Source: an uncultured Acidobacteriota bacterium (GTDB lineage: Bacteria > Acidobacteriota > UBA6911 > RPQK01 > JAPXNP01). Taken from it: a stretch of DNA of 64,000 bases. This document shows positions 48,627 through 59,174 of this stretch, piece by piece. The stretch is from positions 32,001 to 96,000 of the forward strand of contig CAVZRV010000031.1 of NCBI GenBank assembly GCA_963777605.1. Reading direction: 5' to 3'. The translations under genes and the position numbers were made by a program. The number at the start of each line of letters is the position of its first letter. Position 1 is the stretch's first letter. The notes under the pieces are model-generated. The model did not search any database and was not told where the DNA came from. It saw nothing but the letters and a program-made list of their open reading frames with translations.

Positions 48627-48747
48627 TCCTCGTGTCTCCTCCGGCACAGTTCAATCCGGGCAACGACTGTCTCCACCGCCGCGTCGATCCCCGTGTGTGC
48701 CCAGGCCAGTCGGCCGGACGCTCCTGTAGATTCCCGCGGCCGCCTTT

Positions 48748-50046
48748 TCAAGCGGCAAGAACTTCCTCTGCCGCTTTGAGAGTTTCACTAACGTCCGCTT
48801 CCGTGTGGGACGCTGAGACGTACCAGATCCCTCGTTCCAACAGTCGGACCCCTTTCCTGAGCATCGCGACGACAAATTCCGCGTACCTCTGCTGGTCGCG
48901 ACTCTGAACCAGTTCCCGATAGTCACGTACCGGTCCGCCTTCTCCAAAGGAGACGTGGAAAGCCATCGGAAGACCCTGAATACGCAAAGGAACACTCCAC
49001 TTTCGGGCAATCTCCCCGAGGCCCTCCATCAGCGCGGTGCCGACTTCCTGCAGGCGCCGATAGACAATTCCGTCCTCGGCCTCCAACTGCCGGAGCGCCG
49101 CCGCAGTCGCGGCCATCGAGATCACGTTGCTGTTGAACGTTCCGGAATGGTTGACTCCACGACCGAACAATTCCATGTATTGCCGCTTTCCCACCAGGGC
49201 CGAGTTGGGAAAGCCCCCCGCCATCGCCTTGCCGAAAGTCGCAAGATCAGGAGTGACACCGTAATATCCCTGCGCTCCGCTGAGGCCCAGTCGGAAACCG
49301 GTGATGACTTCGTCCAGCACGAGGAGGGCCCCATACCTGTCACAGACGTCACGCAGCCCCGACAGAAAGCCTGAAACCGGTTCGATCGCTCCCGTATTGC
49401 ACATCATCGGCTCGCTGATCACAGCCGCTATCTGTTCTCCACGCTTCTGGAACAGCTCTTCGACCAGTGGAAGGTCGTTCCATGGGAGCACCAGACACTC
49501 CCGGGCCGCACTCTCCGACTGCCCGGCTGTTGCGAGGACGGCGGCGGGAGAAGTTCGAGGGCCCGCCCGCTCCAGGTCGGGAGAAACACTGACCAGGACA
49601 TTGTCAAACCAGCCGTGATAGTGGCCTTCAAAGCGCAGGATCAGCGGGCGCCCCGTCGCCGCCCTCGCCAGTCGAATCGCAGCCTGAACCGCCTCCGAAC
49701 CACTCAAGCTGAAGCGGCAAAGCTCAGCGCAAGGGACCAGGCGAACCAGCGCTTCCGAAACATCGATCTCGAGTTGGTGCTGACCCGCAAAAAGCTGGCC
49801 GGACTTCATCGCCTTCTCAACAGCCTTGAGCACTTCCGGGTGTGAGTGCCCCAGCAACAACGGCCCCTGGCCAAGGACGAAATCGACGTAGCGATTCCCG
49901 TCGACATCATAGATCTTCGACCCCTCTGCCCTCTCGAAGAAAAGCGGCAGGGGTTTCGAACCGAGACGCACATTGCTGCTGACGCCTCCCGCAAGTGAAC
50001 GACTGGAACGTTCCAACAGAAGTTTTGAATTGGCCCATTGATTCAT
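48748..50046 (-). CDS. Class III aminotransferase (GSA-aminomutase-like)
   Basis: GGVSS, DVDGNRYVD, SGSEA, FEGHYHG, DEVITGFR, TFGKAMAGG, SGTF. Confidence 0.92.
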   Translation of the reverse strand: MNQWANSKLLLERSSRSLAGGVSSNVRLGSKPLPLFFERAEGSKIYDVDGNRYVDFVLGQGPLLLGHSHPEVLKAVEKAMKSGQLFAGQHQLEIDVSEALVRLVPCAELCRFSLSGSEAVQAAIRLARAATGRPLILRFEGHYHGWFDNVLVSVSPDLERAGPRTSPAAVLATAGQSESAARECLVLPWNDLPLVEELFQKRGEQIAAVISEPMMCNTGAIEPVSGFLSGLRDVCDRYGALLVLDEVITGFRLGLSGAQGYYGVTPDLATFGKAMAGGFPNSALVGKRQYMELFGRGVNHSGTFNSNVISMAATAAALRQLEAEDGIVYRRLQEVGTALMEGLGEIARKWSVPLRIQGLPMAFHVSFGEGGPVRDYRELVQSRDQQRYAEFVVAMLRKGVRLLERGIWYVSASHTEADVSETLKAAEEVLAA

Positions 50047-50107
50047 AGTTGCGCACCATCTCGATTCAGATTACCCATGCGGGCTTGACCTCAGCTCTTC
50101 CTTAGAG

Positions 50108-51502
50108 TCAGTCATCTGTCCGGAGACGAAACACCAACGCCAGTGGCGGGGACGACGATCTATTTCCGCCTTCGGGGAGGAACAGTCGGGTTCCGTCTTC
50201 GGTACTTTCCCAGCGCAGCGCCTCAGGGTAGCCAAGGAGTTCGACTTTGGACCCGGGAACGGGCCGGAACCCGTCAATCGAGACATCGCCCGGCACGCGT
50301 TCACCCTCCTCAAAAAGGCGAATCGCGAAAAGTGTGTTGCCCTTACGCGTAAAGGCAATCGCCCCCTGCTTGTAAGGCGGAATGGGCCGCGTCCCGTAGA
50401 TCGCGGCTCCGTTGACTTTCATCCACGCTCCGATCTCTCGCATCCGTTGAACGGCCTTCTCCGGCAAACGGCCATCCGGCTGAGGCCCGACGTTGAGCAA
50501 AAAGTTGCCCCCCTTGGCAACGATATCTACCAGCAGATGGACCAGTTCACGGGTGGACTTGTAATTGTCGCCCGGCTTGAAAGACCACTGGTCTCCCATG
50601 GTCATGCAGGTCTCCCAGACAAACGAAGGCGGCGTCTCGGGAACCTTCTGTTCCGGGGTGCGGTAGTTTTCGTGTCGGCCTCCGACGGTTCTGTCCACAA
50701 CCAGAAGACGCGGCTGGTGGCTTCGCGCCATCGCCACCAGGTCATCCATTCGAATGTCCTGGCTGGGCGGACGAACCTGGCCGGCATCCAGCCACAGGAT
50801 GTCAATCGGACCATAGCCTGTGACCAGTTCCTCAATCTGTCTGTGAACGAAATTCACAAATCGGCTCCACTTTTCGGGCTCGGCCGCCGTATCGTAATTT
50901 GGATTCCGGGTCGGAGCAGGCCGCGATGGATCCCAATAGTCCGGGTGGTGCCAGTCCGCTTTCGAATAGTAGGCGCCGATCGCAAACCCGGCTTCGCGAA
51001 AGGCGTTGAAAGCCTCAAGGGCGATGTTTGCCCGTGGATCCCTGCTGAACGGACAATCCCGATTCGTAACCCGGTAATCCGAGGCCCGGGTATCGAACAT
51101 CGAGAAACCGTCATGGTGCTTGGTCGTGAACACGAAGTACTTCATCCCGGCATCACGAGCGATCTCAGCCCATTCTGTCGGATTGAAGCGTTGCGGATTG
51201 AAAGTCCGGTTCAAATTCCAGTAGTCGGTCCTGAAGCGATCCAGATTCCTGTCCCGCTCGATCCAGGCCTTCAGGCTGTCGGGCCGCGCCCACTTGTCCG
51301 CCTCGACCAGTGGCCACGACTCGATACAGCCCCACTGACTGTAAATTCCGAAATGGACGAAGAATCCGAACTTAAGATCCTGAAACCAGTCCAGCCTCGC
51401 GTTCAGGCTGGAGCCGTCGCCCAGTTTCTGGTCCTCCAGACCGGACTGATACCCAAATACACTACCAATTCCAAGCCAGACAAACAGCAGGCCCAGCCAC
51501 AT
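50108..51502 (-). CDS. Alpha-L-fucosidase (GH29)
   Basis: WFQDLKFGFFVHFG, AGMKY..TTKHHDGF, ILWLD, WETC, GGNFLLNVGP; start uncertain. Confidence 0.92.
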   Translation of the reverse strand: MWLGLLFVWLGIGSVFGYQSGLEDQKLGDGSSLNARLDWFQDLKFGFFVHFGIYSQWGCIESWPLVEADKWARPDSLKAWIERDRNLDRFRTDYWNLNRTFNPQRFNPTEWAEIARDAGMKYFVFTTKHHDGFSMFDTRASDYRVTNRDCPFSRDPRANIALEAFNAFREAGFAIGAYYSKADWHHPDYWDPSRPAPTRNPNYDTAAEPEKWSRFVNFVHRQIEELVTGYGPIDILWLDAGQVRPPSQDIRMDDLVAMARSHQPRLLVVDRTVGGRHENYRTPEQKVPETPPSFVWETCMTMGDQWSFKPGDNYKSTRELVHLLVDIVAKGGNFLLNVGPQPDGRLPEKAVQRMREIGAWMKVNGAAIYGTRPIPPYKQGAIAFTRKGNTLFAIRLFEEGERVPGDVSIDGFRPVPGSKVELLGYPEALRWESTEDGTRLFLPEGGNRSSSPPLALVFRLRTDD

Positions 51503-51588
51503 GAATTGCGGCGCGAATCTCCGACGTGGACACGGTCCGCTCCCAGGTGATCCGACCCTCCCGAAGTCATTAACCCCCGTAGTCTTCC

Positions 51589-53919
51589 TCAAGTCAGTTG
51601 TCCTTCCCGAAACGCAGTCTCCACCTGCTCCCGGGACAATCCCGGGCACTCGAGGTAGAGGCGTCCGGCTACCGGGAGGACGAGCCGACCCGCAGTGGTC
51701 TGGAAACCGACCGGTCGGACGGACGGTTCCTGCCAGAGTTTCGGGCGACTCCCGGGCAACTCCAGTTCAACCCGGCCGTCTCCGGATGTGTGCCAATAAA
51801 CCACCCATGGCGTCTCGTGATAATCGAAAATGAACGCTCGCAGGTGGTCATCGCCTCTGCCGGCTCCTTCAATTTTCCAGTAAGGCTGCAAGTCGAATTC
51901 GCCGGCCGGGTTGATAAGTAAAACATGCTCCTGCGCCAGGTCTTTGAGCGCCTCCCGATGAGCCGGCGTCAACCAGCGTTGAACCCTGACCTCCTCCCAT
52001 CTTCGGAGTACTTCCAGGTTGTCCGGCGTCCGGGGATGGTTTTCGAACGCCTCCAGCATCCCCCGAAATGAGATCGGACAGTTCCACGCCGCTGCTCGAC
52101 TGGTCACGAACTCCAGCATATCCGGCTGGGTTCCGATAGTGTCCGGTCCCGGATCCCAGTACCCGATCCAGCCAAAGTTCAGGCCGGTAAAATCCTTCCC
52201 GATCCGGGGGGCTTCCTCCCCCGGATGCGCGCGCGTTGCCTCCTTCAGCACTTCAGGGCGAAAAATGTCGAATGCGTTGCCCCGAGTCAGGATATGCCAA
52301 CTGAAATGCGACTTGCAGGCACCCTCGGAGAAAAGGGGGCGGGGATTCATCGCTTCCCAGGTGAGCCACTGCGCACGTGAAACAGTGAACCAGTATGGCG
52401 GCGGTACGTCCTCGGCACCGTCAAAATAGGCAAACTGGAATCCCGCATCGGCATAGAGCTTTCCGAGGCGCCGTGCGACCTCCTCCTGGATGCTGGTTTT
52501 CTGGTCGTACACGCCGATCACGCCTGAGACTTCACCCAGCAGCCCGAACTTCCGCCCCGACTCGTGAACTGCGGCCGTCGTGTTGAAGATTCCGCGCTTG
52601 CAGCCCAGAAACCGGTAGGGTCGCTCGGTCGTGTAAGAGCCGTACTCAATCAGTTCATCATCCAACTTGAGAAATTTCTCCGGCGAGTCGAGATCACACC
52701 CCCGCGGATCTTCTTCGATTTCAACCTCGGTCTCGTCAACGGCGACATTGCGAGCGAGGGTAAAGATACGTCGCAAGTTCAATCTCGGATCGGGCACCGG
52801 AGTAATGTACGGGTCCATTCCGAACGCCTTGTTGTAGTGGTGATGCAGACCGGGGATCAGGCCCGCATTCTTGATCTTGCGAACGACCTCCTGGAGATCC
52901 TCAAGGCCTCGCGGATAGCGGTCTTTCCGAAACAGATAATGCCCGGGTGCCTGTGCGAAGGCCGTGTAATAGATCATGAAGGTCCGGAAGCCTCCGCGTT
53001 TCGCGTAGACGAGGTGATTATCAATATTGTTCGGGCTGACGTCGCTCACCCAGTAATAGGAATACGGGTACTCCCTTCGTCGTCGACTCTCGACTCCATC
53101 CGGCAACCCAAAATCCTTTTCAACCGCTGCGACACCGTCGAGGACGCGGTCCCCAGCCGTCACAACAACGGCAGCCCCTACTCCCTCGAGTTTGACTTCC
53201 CGCACGGCGGCAGCCTGCATCAGGTGGAAACCTTCCCGAGCGTACGCATCGATCCTCGGGTACGGATTGGTCCCCATTACGCAGACAGCGACGGATTCAT
53301 CCCACTGAACATTGAGCCACTCACCGAAATTCTTCCGGTCTCGGATCGGCAACTGAATCAGGCAAATTTCATCGAGTGGGGTCGGCCGCTTTTCCCGGAA
53401 ACCCGGCTTGGCCGCAGCAACGATTTTCTCGACGGAAAAGCTGAAGTAGGAATCAGTTACGCCGGTCTTGATAGTTACTTCATGATCCACCAGTTCGAAG
53501 TCAACAATCAGGCGGTCTCCGGACCTCCGCACTGAGCGAGCCGGAAAGGTCCTGCTCTTGGCCGGGTAACGCAGCTGCAGCTCATTTTCATACGGCCGAT
53601 ACTGGGTGACAGAGAAGATCTTGACCCCGGGATTCGGAATCAGACATTCCTCTCCGGTCTTCTTGTGCAAAAGGCTGCGGGCCGATCCATCCGAGCCAAT
53701 CACGAGGCGCGCTTCCCGATTCTCCAGAACAATGTCTCCCGGCTGAGGAACGAGAGGTTCCTCAGCTCCCTCGGCACTCCGATTCGCTGCCCCGGAGACG
53801 GCACCCGTCCTGGCAATTCCGGCGGCCCCTGCGAGTGTTCCGGTTTTCAGGAAATCGCGCCGGCTCGGTCCGCCTCCTGCCCGGCCCCTGCCTCCGGATC
53901 CCGGTCCTGACTTTTCCAT
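51589..53919 (-). CDS. Tat-exported hypothetical protein, possible glycoside hydrolase
   Basis: SRRDFLK signal; YPRGLEDL..V..I..AGLIPGLH and YFDG resemble GH27/GH36-type barrels. Confidence 0.55.
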   Translation of the reverse strand: MEKSGPGSGGRGRAGGGPSRRDFLKTGTLAGAAGIARTGAVSGAANRSAEGAEEPLVPQPGDIVLENREARLVIGSDGSARSLLHKKTGEECLIPNPGVKIFSVTQYRPYENELQLRYPAKSRTFPARSVRRSGDRLIVDFELVDHEVTIKTGVTDSYFSFSVEKIVAAAKPGFREKRPTPLDEICLIQLPIRDRKNFGEWLNVQWDESVAVCVMGTNPYPRIDAYAREGFHLMQAAAVREVKLEGVGAAVVVTAGDRVLDGVAAVEKDFGLPDGVESRRRREYPYSYYWVSDVSPNNIDNHLVYAKRGGFRTFMIYYTAFAQAPGHYLFRKDRYPRGLEDLQEVVRKIKNAGLIPGLHHHYNKAFGMDPYITPVPDPRLNLRRIFTLARNVAVDETEVEIEEDPRGCDLDSPEKFLKLDDELIEYGSYTTERPYRFLGCKRGIFNTTAAVHESGRKFGLLGEVSGVIGVYDQKTSIQEEVARRLGKLYADAGFQFAYFDGAEDVPPPYWFTVSRAQWLTWEAMNPRPLFSEGACKSHFSWHILTRGNAFDIFRPEVLKEATRAHPGEEAPRIGKDFTGLNFGWIGYWDPGPDTIGTQPDMLEFVTSRAAAWNCPISFRGMLEAFENHPRTPDNLEVLRRWEEVRVQRWLTPAHREALKDLAQEHVLLINPAGEFDLQPYWKIEGAGRGDDHLRAFIFDYHETPWVVYWHTSGDGRVELELPGSRPKLWQEPSVRPVGFQTTAGRLVLPVAGRLYLECPGLSREQVETAFREGQLT

Positions 53920-54163
53920 GAAGATCTCCTCATCGCGCTTGCTGTTCAAAACGGATCACACCCCCGGCCCCTCTTCGAAATAAGAGGATGCTCCTCGCAT
54001 GCGGGATCAGCCCTTGAACAACGGGTCCCGTTTTGAGATAAGTTGAATGAATTAGATCTCAATTTTATACGGGTTTAGTTTGCGTTCTGCAAGACCTAAA
54101 ATGCGGATCCAGACGCGAAGCCGGGATTTTCCGCCCGACTGCCCGGGAAGTGAGGATCAGGCC

Positions 54164-56152
54164 ATGAAGACGGTTTCGTTAATTTCCATTGTTCTTTTTT
54201 CGATGATTGCTCCGTTTGCCGCCAACTGGGCGGGGCAGTCAATCGCCGAGGCGAGTCCATCCGGGTTCCAGGATCTTGCGCCATTGGGTCTTCCAGACGT
54301 CTTCCTCTGGACCGATACCTGCAATGTTTATGTCGTTCGTCAGGGTGACCGGGCCATCCTTGTCGATCTCGGCGACGGAACCGTCCTCGAGCACCTTCAG
54401 GAAATCGGCATCCGCAAAGTGGACTGGGTTCTTTTCACTCATCACCACCGCGAACAAAACCAGGGCTACCCTTCCCTCAAGCGGTGGCAGCCTCGAATAG
54501 GTGGTCCCGAAGCGGAGAGAGCCCTTTTCGAGCAACCCCTTGAGTTTCGCAAGATGAATCCAAGCCTTCGGGATGCCTTCACGATACATGGTTCGAGCTA
54601 TGTCCGGCCTCCACTGCAGCCCATCCGACTGGATCGCGCCTTCGCGAAGATGGATACATTTGACTGGCAAGGCCGCGAGTTTTGGTGCCTTGATACCCGC
54701 GGCAACAGCCCCGGAAGCATGTCCTATCTTCTTCATGACGACGGCGGACGCCTGGTCGCATTTTCGGGTGACGTGATGCTCGATGGGGCGCGAATGCACA
54801 ACTGGTTTGACACCGAGTGGGACTACGGCTTCGCCGCCGGGATTTACGCGCTCCATGGATCGGCGGCGCTGCTGGCGGACCACGGACTATCCCTGTTGCT
54901 CCCTTCACATGGACCGGTCATTCAAGAACCGACAGCTCAATTGCGGATATTCCAGGAGAAACTTCGGGCGCTGGCCCAGACTCTGATCAGAGGCTATCCA
55001 GCCGGTACCTTCTCGAGCGCCGATCAGGACCGGGTCTCTCGCCCGACGAAGGTTCCCAATGTGTGGCAAGTCTCGGAACACGTCTTCAAGCTCAAAGGTC
55101 CGAACTACTCACCCAACTTTACGCTCATCCTCGCTGACAGCGGTCACGGGTTGATGGTCGACTGCGGACTCATCGACCCGGCTTTTCTGGATCGGACGAT
55201 CGAATTGATGAAGCAGAGACTCGGCCTTAAACAGATTGACGCGGTCCTCTTCAGTCACATGCATGGAGACCACATGCTGCAGGCACCTCACCTGCGGGAG
55301 AAATGGGGCACGAAGATCTGGGTCCTGGATCGGATGGCGGCCCAGGTCGAACATCCGGAGTGGTTCGATTACGCAGCGCCCGTCGAAGCTTACGGCCAGG
55401 GAATCGACGGCATCAAACCGGATCGAATCCTGAGGTCCGGCGAGACTTTCGACTGGGAGGGATATCACCTCACGTCCGACTGGATGCCCGGGCAAACCGA
55501 GTTCGCGATGGGCCTGCACGGGTTGATCGACGGCAGAACGGTTGTGTTTACCGGCGACAACCTCTTTGCCAATCCCGAAGACCCCAGTCAGGACGGGCAC
55601 GAAGCGGTGGTGGCCCACAACAGTTCGATCCTCGAGGAGGGCTACATTTACGGAGCCCAGTTCCTGGCTCGCATTCAGCCGGATCTTCTGATCGGCGGAC
55701 ATTCCTGGGTCATGGATAACCCCGCTCAACTCATCGGGAGGTACCAGGATTGGGCTTTCCGGATGCGCACGGCCTTTCAGGCTCTCGCCAACGACGAGGA
55801 CTATCGTTACTGGTATGATCCGTTCTGGGTCCGTGCCGAACCGTACCGGGTCCGGTTGGCGCCTGCCAAAGGCCTCCAGGTCAGCCTGCACGTGAGGAAT
55901 TTCAGGGATCGCCCTCAGCGCCATCACATTGAAATCCACACAGCCGGGGGGCTGTCGGTCGATCCACGAATCATCGAAGGTTCCGTTGCAGCAAAGTCCA
56001 GCATAATCCTCCCACTCCGGCTCCAGGCATCGCCCGGTGCTGAGGGCAAGACTATGGTCGCCTTCGACGTGACTCTGGACGGTCGCCGCTACGGAGAATG
56101 GTTCGACATGATCGTCGAGGTCCGGGGCGACTCGCCGGCCGTGCCGAAATGA
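54164..56152 (+). CDS. Exported tandem metallo-beta-lactamase-fold hydrolase
   Basis: THHHREQ / FSGD / PSHG in domain 1; SHMHGDH / FTGD / GGH in domain 2. Confidence 0.85.
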   Translation: MKTVSLISIVLFSMIAPFAANWAGQSIAEASPSGFQDLAPLGLPDVFLWTDTCNVYVVRQGDRAILVDLGDGTVLEHLQEIGIRKVDWVLFTHHHREQNQGYPSLKRWQPRIGGPEAERALFEQPLEFRKMNPSLRDAFTIHGSSYVRPPLQPIRLDRAFAKMDTFDWQGREFWCLDTRGNSPGSMSYLLHDDGGRLVAFSGDVMLDGARMHNWFDTEWDYGFAAGIYALHGSAALLADHGLSLLLPSHGPVIQEPTAQLRIFQEKLRALAQTLIRGYPAGTFSSADQDRVSRPTKVPNVWQVSEHVFKLKGPNYSPNFTLILADSGHGLMVDCGLIDPAFLDRTIELMKQRLGLKQIDAVLFSHMHGDHMLQAPHLREKWGTKIWVLDRMAAQVEHPEWFDYAAPVEAYGQGIDGIKPDRILRSGETFDWEGYHLTSDWMPGQTEFAMGLHGLIDGRTVVFTGDNLFANPEDPSQDGHEAVVAHNSSILEEGYIYGAQFLARIQPDLLIGGHSWVMDNPAQLIGRYQDWAFRMRTAFQALANDEDYRYWYDPFWVRAEPYRVRLAPAKGLQVSLHVRNFRDRPQRHHIEIHTAGGLSVDPRIIEGSVAAKSSIILPLRLQASPGAEGKTMVAFDVTLDGRRYGEWFDMIVEVRGDSPAVPK

Positions 56153-56239
56153 CCCGATATGCGCCCGACCCACTAGCGCTGTTTCGGAGCGCCGGGGCAG
56201 TCGAGCCCAACGATCACACCCCTGAAGAGCGCTGCCTGC

Positions 56240-59014
56240 TCAGTCGCTCGGTTTGGTGAGGGTCCGAAACGATATCGGGAAATGTGGCTCAATGGGTTTG
56301 CCTCCGAGGGGTGCCGGGCCGTAGGCGACGTAGTAGTCGCCCTGATCCTTCCATCCCCATTCGACGGAAACCTCAAAATGATAGAGCTTCCTCGGATTGA
56401 GACGAACCGGGACGATTCGGGCGTCAACCCAGCTACCCCCCGCTTCCGGTACGAGTGCCGCGTTGACCCGTGCGGTTCCAACGTCGGCAGTTTCCTCTTC
56501 GGACCCGTATCGAACGAGAACATCCCCAGGGTTGGCCGCTCTTGTGAGACGAAAGGAGATCCCCGAAAAGACCGGTGCAGACTCGGAAACATAAAACTCT
56601 CCCCGGATGATACTCGCTCCGCCGCTGTCGATCTGATCGGTAATTAAACCGGGTTGGGCCTTCTCTCCCGGCCCCCATCCCGCCTTCGAATCTGGCGTTC
56701 CGGGATACCTCGAAGAATCACGCCACGCCGCTTTCTCCGGATGCAGCCAACGGTTCAGAAAATCGAGTGCCCCGATGAAATAGATCTCGTGATTTCCCTG
56801 AAAGTAATCTCTGCCGATCCGGTCCTCCATTTCCCAGGCCCGAGCCAGATCCTGCAACCTCCTCCAGGCTCTCCGATGCCAGCCGGGCGGGGTAACAGCG
56901 TCGTGCTCCCCATACTCGATCAAGACGGCTCTAGGCCACATCGCCGCAATAAGCTCACGATGCGTGAAGCGATGGAGTACGTCCCAGTTCGAAAAGTCTT
57001 CATCGGGGTGCCGCAGATAACTGGTCGCAATCCTGTCGCTCGTGATTTTAGGTCTCCAGTCATTGAAGTGTCCGGAGATCACGCTCGCCGTTATACGAGG
57101 TTCCAGAGCGGTCATCCAGGTTACGGAATAACCGCCATAGGAAAGCCCGTAATAACCGATCTCTTTGCCGTTAACAAAAGGAAGCGTCTGAAGAAAGTCG
57201 ATCACGCGGCGAAGCTTGGCCTGCTCGATGCTAGTCCGCATCATGCCCAGCGCTGCCGCCATCTGCACCTTGGAGTTGATCGCCCTATCAATCCCGAGAT
57301 AGACCTCTTCTTGACGGTCCCGGGCCTCGGGATAAGGCCGGTTGCCCACCGCCACGAGTGGTGCAAACACCACGAAACCCTGCTCCGCAAGGTGAGCTGC
57401 AAACAAGTGGTAGGGTCCCGGATCCTCCTTGCCAACGCCCGTCAACATTCCGGGAAGACCTCCACCGCCATGCTGAGCGACGACAGCCGGAGCAAGCCCT
57501 TCGATCCCTCGAGGTATCAACAGATGCCCCCAGGCTTCTACCCCCGGAACGACATCCAGAAGAACATCATATGCAGCAAACCTGTCATTCGCCTCGATCA
57601 GGTGGGTGCGGGCGTTGAGCGGTACGCCCTCAGTAGAGACCTCTCCCATGAGCTTTTTCAGCTCACTGTGGAGCGCTTCCACCCGCTGGGGGCGATCTGC
57701 TTCGGACGCGGAGTCCAGTTGCCAGAATCTCTCTCTGATAGCGTCGCTCTCCTCACACTGCCGACGAAGGTAATGATAGAGAGAATGAAAATGCTCGTTT
57801 CTCGCATCTTCGACTTGATCTTGCGAGACTCGAAAGCTGAAGGCACCAGTGCCGGAATTCTGGGTGGAGCCTAAAAGCGAACTGAGTTGCCGGGCGCCTG
57901 AATTCAGGGGATCGGCACCCTGCGCGACCTGCAGATTTCCGGAAAGGCCGAGACCATCGTAAAAGCGATGAGCCCTTCCGGCTTCGTTCTCAACCGAGGA
58001 AACGGAGATCGGCCCGGAGGAGTGACTGAGAACGATCAAAGGTCGAGGGGCCACCAGGGCTGCCGCTTCCGCATCCCCAAATTCGTTAAGCTGACCGTAC
58101 AGCATGCGGTCAACAGGTTCTTTCCAGCAGCTTTCGCGAGCCTGAAAATAATCGATCGCGGCGGCGGCGGCGAATCTCTCGTCTACTGCGGCTGCATAGA
58201 GCGCGGTCATGCCTCCCTGGCCGATCCCCATAACCCCAATTCGATCCGGGTCGATGTCCTTAAACAGCGAAAGCGCCCTCCCGAGCGCGACGACCTGCTG
58301 CACCTCGAGTCCGACCAGCGGCCTTCCGATAACAAACCCGACCCTGTGCAGAAGTTGGCGCCGGTTCATCTTGGCACGCCACGATAGGGAAGCGAGCTCA
58401 TGGTCGAAACTTCGCTCCACCATCAGCGGAATCGCGACAACTGTCCCGCTACTGAGGAGTTGAGTGACCCACCCGGCGGGCGTCTGACCCTTGACGATCC
58501 CGGCGAACCCTTCCCGCGTTTCCTGTTCCGAAGGGACGGCGATGATTGCGGGCTTCCTCACGGAAGAGTTGGGCGAAAAGATCAAAGCTCGCGCCTCAAA
58601 ACCGGAATCGATTGAGACTCGAACCTCCTCAACGCGCACGGACTCATCAGAGATTACCAGACGACCGGTCTCCAGCGTCTGGGGTAAATCCTCCATCAGT
58701 CCGAGCATCTCCCGAAGATTCGAGCGATGCTTTTGCAGCGATTCCCGGTAGGCTTCCTGGGACGAGAAAACCGGATCCCAGAGCCGGTCCCTGAGGGCCG
58801 GCGTCTGCTGAATCCGATTCAAGAAATAGTTGTCAATCTGCTCGTGCTGCCGAACGAGGATGTCTCCCGGAAGCTCGAAAGACCTGGTGTTGGCGAGGTA
58901 GAGAGGCCAGTCTTCCGTGCCCTCATTGTTCGCCGCGCCAGCCTCCAAGTGAAGAGAGACAGCTAACGCAAAACAGAAAGCCAATGCCAGCCCATTACGA
59001 AACGTCGTATTCAT
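56240..59014 (-). CDS. Exported tandem alpha/beta hydrolase with extra C-terminal domain
   Basis: Signal peptide; GIGQGG and GLSYGG motifs; homologous to 42636..45011. Confidence 0.8.
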   Translation of the reverse strand: MNTTFRNGLALAFCFALAVSLHLEAGAANNEGTEDWPLYLANTRSFELPGDILVRQHEQIDNYFLNRIQQTPALRDRLWDPVFSSQEAYRESLQKHRSNLREMLGLMEDLPQTLETGRLVISDESVRVEEVRVSIDSGFEARALIFSPNSSVRKPAIIAVPSEQETREGFAGIVKGQTPAGWVTQLLSSGTVVAIPLMVERSFDHELASLSWRAKMNRRQLLHRVGFVIGRPLVGLEVQQVVALGRALSLFKDIDPDRIGVMGIGQGGMTALYAAAVDERFAAAAAIDYFQARESCWKEPVDRMLYGQLNEFGDAEAAALVAPRPLIVLSHSSGPISVSSVENEAGRAHRFYDGLGLSGNLQVAQGADPLNSGARQLSSLLGSTQNSGTGAFSFRVSQDQVEDARNEHFHSLYHYLRRQCEESDAIRERFWQLDSASEADRPQRVEALHSELKKLMGEVSTEGVPLNARTHLIEANDRFAAYDVLLDVVPGVEAWGHLLIPRGIEGLAPAVVAQHGGGGLPGMLTGVGKEDPGPYHLFAAHLAEQGFVVFAPLVAVGNRPYPEARDRQEEVYLGIDRAINSKVQMAAALGMMRTSIEQAKLRRVIDFLQTLPFVNGKEIGYYGLSYGGYSVTWMTALEPRITASVISGHFNDWRPKITSDRIATSYLRHPDEDFSNWDVLHRFTHRELIAAMWPRAVLIEYGEHDAVTPPGWHRRAWRRLQDLARAWEMEDRIGRDYFQGNHEIYFIGALDFLNRWLHPEKAAWRDSSRYPGTPDSKAGWGPGEKAQPGLITDQIDSGGASIIRGEFYVSESAPVFSGISFRLTRAANPGDVLVRYGSEEETADVGTARVNAALVPEAGGSWVDARIVPVRLNPRKLYHFEVSVEWGWKDQGDYYVAYGPAPLGGKPIEPHFPISFRTLTKPSD

Positions 59015-59174
59015 CGTAAGTTATCCCCCGAACCCGCTTGATCTCAAGTCAGCTCTGTTGACAACTGCGAGCGACCCATTATCTAATTGAATCAATTAAG
59101 ATGAATCTATGCCTGAGTTGGATGGTAGCCCTTGGAGAGGCACCCGTCAATCGAATTGGGAGGCAGCTTTACAA

